Assembly: GCA_000002435.2 (NCBI GenBank)
Contig: CM018790.1
Length of the DNA: 64,000 nucleotides
Reading direction: 5' to 3' (one strand)
Source: Giardia intestinalis
Lineage: Eukaryota
Positions 1-9,210 of this stretch are shown one piece after another. The position numbers and the translations under genes were made by a program. Below the pieces are notes generated by a model. The model was not told the origin of the DNA and made no database searches. It worked only from the letters and a program-made list of their open reading frames with translations. Within the stretch, counting starts at the first letter, position 1. Every line of letters starts with the position of its first letter.

Positions 1-2565
1 AACCTCCTTGAGTTGAAGGCTGCAGTGGACACAGAGCTGATAAATATTACTGCAGAAAGGGATTTATTGGTCGCATACACTACTCCATACGTGCTCGTTC
101 AAATATCGTCACGGCTTGAGTTTACAATCGACGTTCTTAACAAGCTGCTAGCTTTACAAGAGAAACGTGAACGTGTTATGGCTCACAGGCGGCGTGACGA
201 GTGCACTGCGGCCATTGAGTTATCAAATATTTATGCAGAGGATCTGGTATCATTTTCTTTATTGATTAAGATTCCTCTTGACGAACTACATAGACATGTA
301 CCTCCGCTAGATCAAATGTCACACAATCAGATCCAGAGTAGCTACTTTGCAGAGCTAATCGGGGCTTCAGACAAAGGTATCGATGTGCTAATTAATATCC
401 TCTCTCGGGGGATCGCCTTCATAGAAGTATCTTCTGTGACATCTACCTTTCATAGTTACATCATGACAAAGCTCCAGAATTCGTCTTCATTTGAAGATAT
501 CCTCTGGGTATATACCTTTGTGCATCGAGCTGTGCACGAGAAAGCTCTTGAAGTTATCCGTGTTTCCTTTTTTACTGCTGGTAGCAAAGTATTTGAAGAA
601 GTATCCAAGGCAATGGTCAGAGTTAGAGATAAGCAGACTTATGCCACTCTTAGTTGTGCAGACATTTTCAAAGAGCACATAAACAATGCGATTCTTCTTT
701 TTCTGATCCAGCACTATACTAACTTTCTTTTGACACATTGTTTCTCCCTCTCTGAAGATGAAGTAGGTGCCTCTACAACAAGACTATCAATGGCCATCAG
801 TACCTGCATTGATAATCTGACTCTTAGTGCATATATGAAGATGCGCAGCCTTTTTCTGGCTGATCTCTTCGTCAATGCATTTGACACTTATTACGAGCTT
901 CTCGAGAGTATGGAGATGCCATGGATTGTACTGTCCACTTTGAGAGGTAATGGCTTTGATAGCACTAACATCCTTTTGGAGCTATCTCAACAGAGTGGCG
1001 GCCCCAATGATATTAGGACACTTGTTGTGCCTATTCTCCTCAAGCATATCAAGAATGACAGTTGCTACGACCAAAAGGTGCTTGCGTTTCGTTCTATCTT
1101 TGACCCACAGTGGCACTCCTCCTTTCACAAACGAGGGGAGTACTATATTCATAGATCTAGCGCGACCAGGTCTCTGGTGGATTGCGTAGTTGTACTTGAG
1201 TGTGCAGTAGATATTCTTACACATGATAAACTGCAGAAGGCAGCCATGCTTGTAGATGCAGTTCAACAGCTTGCATTTCGAATTCTTCTCTTCCATATCT
1301 TCAGAGAGTCTAAGATTCCTTACACAGCAATGCAATGCAGTATCAGGACAAAGTTTCAAACCTATGCCACCAGCATCCACCAGCGCTTGACAGATAGCCT
1401 CTTTGTTGACAGTTCTCGGCTAGGGCCTGGCTCAGAGCACATATTGTTAGGCTTGCTACGTGAATACTCATTAACAATCTCTAACATTTTCCAGCACTCC
1501 AAGAAGTATACATTATTGACAGATGCAACGGGCATAACGCTTCGAGAAAGCTTGGCAGAAACAGTTGAGGAGCTAAACGCGTACTATCTTCTTCAGAATA
1601 TAATTCATAGTATATCCGAAAAATTATATCTTGAGACCCAAATGCCTGCAGCTTATGACCGTGACAAGCAACAGCATTCTGAGGACCCCAAGGACTTGTC
1701 TGCTACAGAGGAATTACCACCACCCCAGCCAGTGGAAGATGGGCAGATTGCTTGTGATGAGAGTGATATATTTGCATCAGAGTCATGTAACCCCTCTATG
1801 CTTACATCAACAAGCCAGCCGCTCGCTGACTCCGCCATGTTATCCATAAGGTCTTTGCAATCTGTTTATGCTGCTATTGAGTCGGTGATACAGAGTATTA
1901 TAGCAAGCGAATTGAATAGAAACTTCAATCTTGTTGAGATAATGTACACAACTATTAAGAATGCAGCTGGGGAATATCGAAAAGAGGCAAAGGTAGACCG
2001 AGCAAGTAAAACAGTATATTCCAGCAAGCTTATTTCAACTCTGAAAAATAATTTCTATAACTTACGATTTGGCGTTTTAGCAACCCAAAGCAGCATCAGT
2101 GTCTCTAGTACTGATTCTGTTCTCAGCATAGTTACTCCTCCAACTGGCTCTGTGGGGCGCCCAACTTGTTCCCTTTTTAACTATCAGTTTTATAATGCGT
2201 TTGTAATACATGCATGTCAATGCTTCATAGCATCTGCTAGCAGCATTCCAGTGTACACTGCATACGGCAGAACGTGTCTAATGTATGACTATTGCAGCCT
2301 TCACAGCTTCCTTAACAGCGTCCTTCCAGATTTTTGCTTACAGAGAGTTGAGATACAGCAACACTTTGAACTCGTGCGCTCTTACATAGATCTCTATTTT
2401 GGAAGTACGGATGACATACGCGTCGCTATCTCCACTAATAAGTTTGGAGTTGGTCCATTGTTAGCACTGATCAGAACGGGGCTGGCTTGTCGCCTGACTT
2501 CGGCACAGATCGACTCTCTAGTTCTTGAGCTACCTAGCTCATTGCAAGAAAGACAATCTACTTAA
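1..2565 (+). CDS. Hypothetical protein, probably 5'-partial (reading frame open to window start; first in-window start is TTG at 13). Predicted helical, no recognisable catalytic motifs.
   Basis: Uninterrupted 850-codon ORF 13..2565 with upstream codons 1-12 also open; sits in the denser, moderately AT-rich coding context typical of the rest of the window. Confidence 0.5.
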   Translation, partial: NLLELKAAVDTELINITAERDLLVAYTTPYVLVQISSRLEFTIDVLNKLLALQEKRERVMAHRRRDECTAAIELSNIYAEDLVSFSLLIKIPLDELHRHVPPLDQMSHNQIQSSYFAELIGASDKGIDVLINILSRGIAFIEVSSVTSTFHSYIMTKLQNSSSFEDILWVYTFVHRAVHEKALEVIRVSFFTAGSKVFEEVSKAMVRVRDKQTYATLSCADIFKEHINNAILLFLIQHYTNFLLTHCFSLSEDEVGASTTRLSMAISTCIDNLTLSAYMKMRSLFLADLFVNAFDTYYELLESMEMPWIVLSTLRGNGFDSTNILLELSQQSGGPNDIRTLVVPILLKHIKNDSCYDQKVLAFRSIFDPQWHSSFHKRGEYYIHRSSATRSLVDCVVVLECAVDILTHDKLQKAAMLVDAVQQLAFRILLFHIFRESKIPYTAMQCSIRTKFQTYATSIHQRLTDSLFVDSSRLGPGSEHILLGLLREYSLTISNIFQHSKKYTLLTDATGITLRESLAETVEELNAYYLLQNIIHSISEKLYLETQMPAAYDRDKQQHSEDPKDLSATEELPPPQPVEDGQIACDESDIFASESCNPSMLTSTSQPLADSAMLSIRSLQSVYAAIESVIQSIIASELNRNFNLVEIMYTTIKNAAGEYRKEAKVDRASKTVYSSKLISTLKNNFYNLRFGVLATQSSISVSSTDSVLSIVTPPTGSVGRPTCSLFNYQFYNAFVIHACQCFIASASSIPVYTAYGRTCLMYDYCSLHSFLNSVLPDFCLQRVEIQQHFELVRSYIDLYFGSTDDIRVAISTNKFGVGPLLALIRTGLACRLTSAQIDSLVLELPSSLQERQST

Positions 2566-4102
2566 TTGCCTTTCAAACTTTTAAACTACGTATATCCTAT
2601 ACGTATTTTTCAGATAGCATGACTGATAAGGCTTCTCTTTGTCCCATCTGAGATCGGAGAACCCGACCGTACCACACTTCGCGAAGATGTGTTTGTCTCA
2701 AACAGCATCAGGGTCACATATTCACCAGAAGAGGACGGGGGTTTGCCTGATGAAGAAGGCGACGTGTCCTCTGAGGCTCGATACAGACCCCGCTTGCTAG
2801 CTGCTACTGTGACAGGCCTATGTGTGCTTGCTGCCGCATTTCTTGGGGGAGCATTCAAGGAGTAGAGAAACCCATATCTTATACTGAGAAAGGCCGAAGA
2901 GAGGGTCTCAGATACAGGTGAAAGGATCCTTCCTTCAAAGATACTTTAGTAACACTGGTGTAGACAGAAGCCAAGAAGGCTGAATCTAATTTGGATAGTT
3001 ATGTCATTGTAACACCACCCAATAGCTTGCTGAGAATTAGGACTTTGCCAGTGGGGTGTGTGGTTGTGCTTGAAGTTGAGCCACACGGAGTTGATGGTTA
3101 GACTACAAAGTAGTCGAGTTGAAGCTGTTACAACTCCAGCGTATGGGAAGAATGCAAGTGGGCGAGTTGATCACTCGTTAGCTGTTCTATCCTTGGCCAA
3201 ACCACTTGGCCGTTCGCGTTCATCCTGTATATAAGATAGTGAATGCGCATGTAACCCTCAAGAAATGCTTTATGGGAGAAGCAGTGTAAGCGTATCGAGG
3301 AACAGAAGCACGGAGACTTCTCTTAGCTACATCAAGCAAATGCTAAAGAGGGCTGCTAGTCGGAGAGTGCTTTTGGATCTGCAGTAGGATGGCGAGCAGG
3401 CATCTCTCTTGTGGAGCCGTGTGATGCCCGTTATTTGGCATGCAAAGAAGATACCATCAGGCTTAGCCAGAAACAGCCGAACAGCCTTTCATATGGTCTA
3501 CCGGAGTCATTCAATACACAAAGACGAGGCACTGTCTCATTACCACAGCGGTCTTGACAAACCCAGGCGTGCAAATGCCAACAATGCAAGCGGGACAAGT
3601 ACCATATCGATAGAGACTTGGATCTCAAAAGCAAACAGAGAGCACCGACCGCTACAGCGTGTGCTTATGCTGTCATGTATCTAACACCAGCAAGTATAAT
3701 TAGTAACAGGTCACTTGTAGGGAGTCATTGACTGCAGTGTAGCAGTGAGCAAAAGATCTAGCGTCCATTATTTGTGATTCTTAAATGCGCGAACGTTGTT
3801 CACAGTTAATAGACTACTCCGAAGGTGCCAGGCACCGAAGAATGTACGGCTAGACGTGGCGGCCACAAATCATGTACAGAAACATCAAACTAAAAAGTAG
3901 GCGGTTACGGGCGACTTTCATGGATGCATTCAAGGAATGACTGAGGCATTGTTAGGCCTGCATAATGTATCTATCGCAGGAGAGATACAGGAGCTGATAG
4001 ACACGTAGCTTACTACAATAAGTCGACAAGCAAAGCGTGGTTCAGGAGGATGCGAACCACTGTTGCATATATTAGGTTGTTGGGTTATGCCCATAAGCAT
4101 CC

Positions 4103-7100
4103 TGTGGACCGAGGCCTGCGCTCCTACACTACAGTGCAGCGGGCGGACGAGGCAGAGCCTGAATGGTATCGGAATTCCGGGGCAAGGGCTGAGCCGCGAC
4201 TGAGAGAGCAGCCTGCAGAGGGTGGAGCATAGCTCTCTGCTAACTCGAGGCGGCACAACCTGGCAATAGGACGGCTAATCCAGCCGTATTGACGTCTGAT
4301 AGACGCACCGAATACGCACTTCATGACCTCCGAATATCGTATGATGTGTGCTGGACAAGGGCCTCCCGGTGCACTTCGAGGACAGGACTGTTTAGCTAAA
4401 GCTAGAAGAGCGGTTGAGTCGTTCCCATCGGCGGCGGATGCTGCCCTGTGGACGCATATTTAAGGCTGCATCCCTTCGACTGAGCAGACAGCCGCTGGGT
4501 TACGTGCGAGCGGCCCAGGGTCTCGCCTGCCGCCTGTCCGGGCCAGTCAGCAGCTAGACTCGACATGCAGATGGAAGCCATGATAACGGACGCCGTCACG
4601 GAGGTCCGCCGTTTACTACTAGAACGGACGTGTCCGTGGCGGCCACCGTCTCCTAGAACAGCGCCCCCCCGCACAGGGCCGGCTATGTCGCGCCAGCTTG
4701 CTCGATAAGGGGCATGGGGGTCCCTTACGACGCCCTTCGGCATCTGCCGTGTCATAGGTACCCATGGCCACGAGCAGCTCAAGGGACGCAGCTATGTGGG
4801 CAGGGTAGCGTATTCATGGAGGGGCAGCTGCTTCACCTGTGCATGGCGGCGCCGGCCAGCACGTCTAGCTGCCCCACTGGCGACCACTCCTTCCCTGTGC
4901 TTGCCACAATGGGAGAGCACGTGCGCCCGTAGACCGGCAGATGCCGTGCTGGTCCTCTCGAGCAGTAGGCGCATCCTTGCGTGACATTCAGCGTGGACCA
5001 GATACCATGACCTGGGCCATCGCTACTGGCAAAGCAAGTGCTGATTGCAGCAGGGACGCCCGCCGCCCTCCAAGATAGACCAGCAACTTGCGTGTGAGGC
5101 TAGCGATGGGGCCTGCGCACCAGCTGCTATGAGCCCAGCCTTCCGGGCATCTAGATCACAGCACACTCGTCAAAGATGCACACTCATTTGCATACTCGCT
5201 GCTAGCGTTGGACAACTGCGAGGTGTCTGTCTCCGGCCGCGCTTGCCTTAGTGCTGGTCCCTGGTGATACGCCTCAGCCGAGGAGGCTATCCGTACGCGG
5301 CAGTTCCCGGAGAGAAGGCAGGGGTGACCGGCGGGCCAGGGAGATAGGACTAGCACTAGCGAGTCCAGCCATCGGCCCGGGTTGCACAAAGGACGCCTGT
5401 AGTGCCTCCCCGGCTTCTGAGCATGGAAGGGCTGTGGGGTCTGCAGATGAGACGGACGCTGTCTTTTGATTTTATGTGTTTGTAGCAGCATAGTATTTAT
5501 CGGGGTCTGCTCTGTCTGAAACCGAGAACATTCGCTTTCTTTCCTTATACAGGCTGGGATCGATTGTAGAGGTGTGCTGTGCAAACCGGTGGCAGTCAGC
5601 GTATCTACTATCCAAACGGATACTGCCTGCGTCCTCTTGTGGCAGACCACCACCAGGGCTCCAATCTGCACATCTGTTCTGGCATCTGTCGGCCAATCAT
5701 CACCTCCTGTCGAAGGATTGCTATACGTCACATATCTTGAGTCGTTCATCGACCAGGTGGTGCCATAAGCTCTTGTCTCCTACTTGTCCACCCGATGCTT
5801 ACTCTGAGCGCCGTCAATTCACTCACGTCTGCACTACTCATCTGGGTGCCCCCTACTCTTCAAGAGCACATGCCCGCAACCGATGCTCCGTATTACGAGA
5901 GGAGCCAGCCGGGCCACTGCGCTGTGCATAGCTCTCATGGGCGTATTGTTATGCGCGCCCAGCCTTTCCACCTGTAAGCTGTCACGCGGTCACATGTGCG
6001 CCAGCGCCGCCGAGCTTTCGTGGTCTCGAGGGGCCCCTGATGCATGGAGCGCTTGCGCAAAGTCCTTCCACCACTGACCCAAGCCGACCCCTCGCAAGAT
6101 CCTCAGCGGAGTTGCATCCGAGATGTGTGCTTGCATTGCTGTCCAGGTGCATGTGCCGGCCCTGGTGCTTCTCACAAGCTTGCGAGCATCAATCTGGCCT
6201 CTACCGAACCGTATCAGAAATCAACGTCAAGACGTGATCCCCTCAGTCAGGCTCTGCAGGCTCCCAGAGCTACGCACCAAAGGGCCGTTCTTCTTTGGTT
6301 GTGCAGTGTGGGGAGATCCATCGAGCTACCACACCCTTTCTGTGTGGCGTGGTTTACGACGGGGGACGGGATCCCTGTGCTCATTGTCTATCTGCCCAGG
6401 GCCAGCCACAGCCCGGGTTGACAATGACAAGCGAACATCGCCCGGCTCCTTGTCAGCAGGTGGGAACTTCCGCCACCCCAGTACCCACAGCAACGGGTGC
6501 CGATCACTGGCAGAAGGACAAGACACCCAGGCTCCCGTTCCTTCCACTGATGGTAGCCCACTATGAAGAGCCCTTTGCCGCCTGCACCAACAACCTCAGG
6601 CACTGTGGGTCCAAGTACTTCCATAGTGGACAGCGGTAGCACTATGATGATCTGGGGTGACAGGAGTCCTAGTTCACTGGCTCAGGAGACAGCACGCTTT
6701 GGGTAGTGCTTCCATCTTGTCCAGATCTGGGAGGGCTGGCTGCCTTCTGAGCCCACCTGGCACCTTGTCAGGTGATGGAGTGTCTTAAAGTATTCATTAC
6801 AAAAGATCAGAAATAGCGCCATGCATTCCCAATAGATCAGAGCGTCTCACGAGCTACTCTATGCTGATTCACACCTTTCATGGACCCTAGCGACCACTGT
6901 AACCTTCTTTCGGGATCTCGCAAGGGACTGTCCTTGAGTGCGATTCCCCCACGACAGCCGGAAGTCGCAGACATAATCCAAAGGGATGAGAGTACTACAG
7001 AGGCTGAGAGGAGAGTGCCGATGCACAGGGGTCCGCAGAGACCCGACTCGTACAGGGAAGGCGTGGATGCTGGCTCTCCAGGGATGTAGAGACACCAGGA

Positions 7101-8170
7101 AAGGAGCCGGCAGTGGGGCTTAGGCGCAGCAAAGGCACCCGATTCGTTCTCTGATTGGCCGCGAGGCAGCAGGCACATGGGGCGGCATCACCGCTTGTTT
7201 TTGGATTTTCTGTTTCCCTGCGCGTTGTGCAGGGGTCCGTAGTGGTTTGAGTATCACAGGCTACACATAGTAGATGCGTTTACTACCTAAGTCATATCTA
7301 AATCTATGCCTTTCCGCGGCAGAGGAACCACCAGCAGAGGAAGCCGACGAGGCCCCCGACGATGATGACAGCGGCCACGGCGATGCCTGCAATGGCGCCG
7401 GTAGAAAGGCCACTCTTGTTCGTGCTTCCGCCGGCACTGTCACCGTTCATGAGGTAGCAGAGGACGGAGCCTTGATTATTAGATGGAGGAGCGCAGCTCA
7501 TGCAGCCAGTAACTCCCTTGACACTTCCACTGTTGCTGTCACACGAAGTGCATGGTCCAGCTGCTGATCCGACCATATAGTACCCAGCTGCGCATGACGT
7601 ACACTTATCAGAGCTATCTGCAGTCGAGCATGTCTTGCAGGTCGAATGACACGAGGGGCATGCTCCATTATTGGGCTGAAGACCATTGGCACATGTTTCG
7701 CACTCACCCTTGCTATCAGCTAATGTGCATATCTGTTTGCCTGGCTGCTTGGTAGTTTCATAGCAGCCGCCTTCCTTGAGGAAGTAGTTAGCGGCGCATT
7801 TGGTACATGCTCCATTATTCATTTCAGTACAGAAAGCTACTCGTGCGTTACTTGTTGTACAGACCCCGTTCAGAGGAGCCTGATTATCCACTGAGCACTG
7901 GGAGCAGTAGTCTGTCCCGCCGATCCTTGCCCCACAGACCTTACATCCGTTCTTGTCCGCCGTACACGCATCCCCGCAGGTGCCCCCTTGCATAGGATCA
8001 CTACTTTTGTATATTAATGCCTTGCCAGCAGGACAAGCACTACACTGATTGTTGGCTGGCCCAACGCACTCAGCGCACTCAGGGCTGCATGCCTTACACT
8101 TCCTGTCAGTATCTCCATAGTATCCGCTGATGGCCGTGCAGTCGGATACGCACTGATTTGTTGGAGTGAG
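4103..8170. repeat. Left arm of a ~4,068-bp near-perfect inverted repeat. Contains the last ~880 bp of VSP coding sequence on the minus strand, its AGTAAAC poly(A) signal and ~3.2 kb of GC-rich ORF-poor sequence.
   Basis: Every ORF in 3930-8188 has an identical mirror ORF in 11626-15711 on the opposite strand with coordinates summing to 19814 (e.g. 4402..4782(-) <-> 15032..15412(+); 7304..8188(-) <-> end of 9211..12510(+)). Outer boundary checked by reverse-complement comparison at 4103/15711, inner boundary at 8170/11644. Confidence 0.92.
7278..7284 (-). terminator. Giardia-type polyadenylation signal AGTAAAC (AGTPuAAPy) downstream of the left VSP C-terminal segment (mirror of 12530-12536).
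   Basis: Reverse complement of gtttact at 7278-7284. Lies 20 nt past the stop of the 7304..8188 ORF. Confidence 0.5.
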
Positions 8171-8892
8171 GTAGTTCCACCATTGCACTCAGTATAGGCT
8201 TCGTTCTCTTTGCCTTCGTTATTGCACGTCTTACAGCCCGGTGTTATGCAGTTGCTAGTCGATTGGCATTCAGTTGAATCAGCGCTAGGCTGGAAGCCTT
8301 CACTGTATGTGCAAGCACCACCCTGATTGGACGAGTTGGCAGGGCAACTAGCAACGCACGACTTTTTGTTGAGGCCAAAGATGGTCTTATCAGAATCGGG
8401 GCACTCTTTGCATACTGCTCCGTCGCCGTTCTTTTCACAAGTCTTACAATCTTTTGCCCCGCCCGATGTGCAGGTAGTGCAGGTTTTCGCTGCTTCATCT
8501 ATGTAGTGTGTTGCTGGGCAATCGCCCTGATTAACGCACGTGCCTGTCTCACTGCCATCCTCCTTCTTCAGGTAGAGCGTGGCTCCAGTACACGAGGTGC
8601 ACTGCGTCTCTGTATTCTCGCATGTCTTACAGCTGGAAGCACATTTGCTGCATTTCTTTCCATTACGTGAGTCCACAAAATACCCATTATTGTAATCGGC
8701 CTCCTCGACACACGACGTTACGCCGTCGACTGTCTTGACAATCTTGCCGCCTCCACATGCATTGCACATCGCTGCCTTAGTGTTACTAGGATTAGCTGGC
8801 GTATTTGCTATCTGAATGAGTATTGTGTCGTGGTTTCCCGCAGCGGAGAAACCGCCACAGAAGAAGCCGGTGGGATCACCGGTGATAAACAT
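7304..8892 (-). pseudogene. Variant-specific surface protein (VSP) pseudogene or chimera. The N-terminal Cys-rich segment (8014..8892) is joined out of frame (-1 nt) to the duplicated VSP C-terminal region (7304..8188). No signal peptide after its first ATG.
   Basis: Two overlapping minus-strand ORFs in different frames. The upstream one is CXXC-rich (CKTC, CTSC, CKEC...). The downstream one is identical to the C-terminus of the intact VSP, including the TM segment and CRGKA tail. Comparison with the right copy shows a 1-nt length difference at the junction (left aatggtggaactacc vs right aatgataaaagttatc), which is exactly the repeat boundary. In-frame upstream sequence hits TGA with no hydrophobic leader. 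Confidence 0.6.
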
Positions 8893-9210
8893 AGCAAAGG
8901 TAAGGTTGTACGAGGGTCAGTCCTCTGAATACATTTGTGCAGAGAACCACCGAGGGAATCAGAACAGATACAAGTGGGCTAGAGGCTTTGTTATTGAAAC
9001 AGGAACCTGCTACGTCAACGATGAAAGCCCGTTCTTGGCTTCAGAGGCAGAGTCATGACAGTAGCTAGCCACTGAATGATGACGCATCCATTAGAGCTTA
9101 TTGTTCTCAACGTCTGGATCTACAATCAGATTAGTGGCAGTCCATAGTTTTACTATTGCAATTCTTCGAAGAGCAGACGCGAGTCGATAACCGAGTGTAG
9201 GTTTCGGCTA

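Noticed and set aside
5156-5749. 197-aa ORF (mirror 14065..14658) and the other 60-150-aa ORFs inside the repeat arms
   Set aside because: They overlap one another on both strands in GC-rich DNA where stop codons are rare. They have no motifs and no hydrophobic or compositional signature of real Giardia proteins, and each is merely duplicated by the palindrome.
4103-7280. Possibility that the GC-rich arm interior is rDNA
   Set aside because: No recognisable conserved rRNA motifs were seen by eye. The region is unique within the window apart from the palindrome, so it is left as unassigned GC-rich DNA.
8893-9210. Search for a signal-peptide-encoding upstream start for the left VSP in the 318-bp divergent spacer (including ORF 8816..9058)
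   Set aside because: A hydrophobic stretch exists in another frame (LVSVLIPSVVLC) but has no Met and is bounded by TGA, so no alternative start can be supported.
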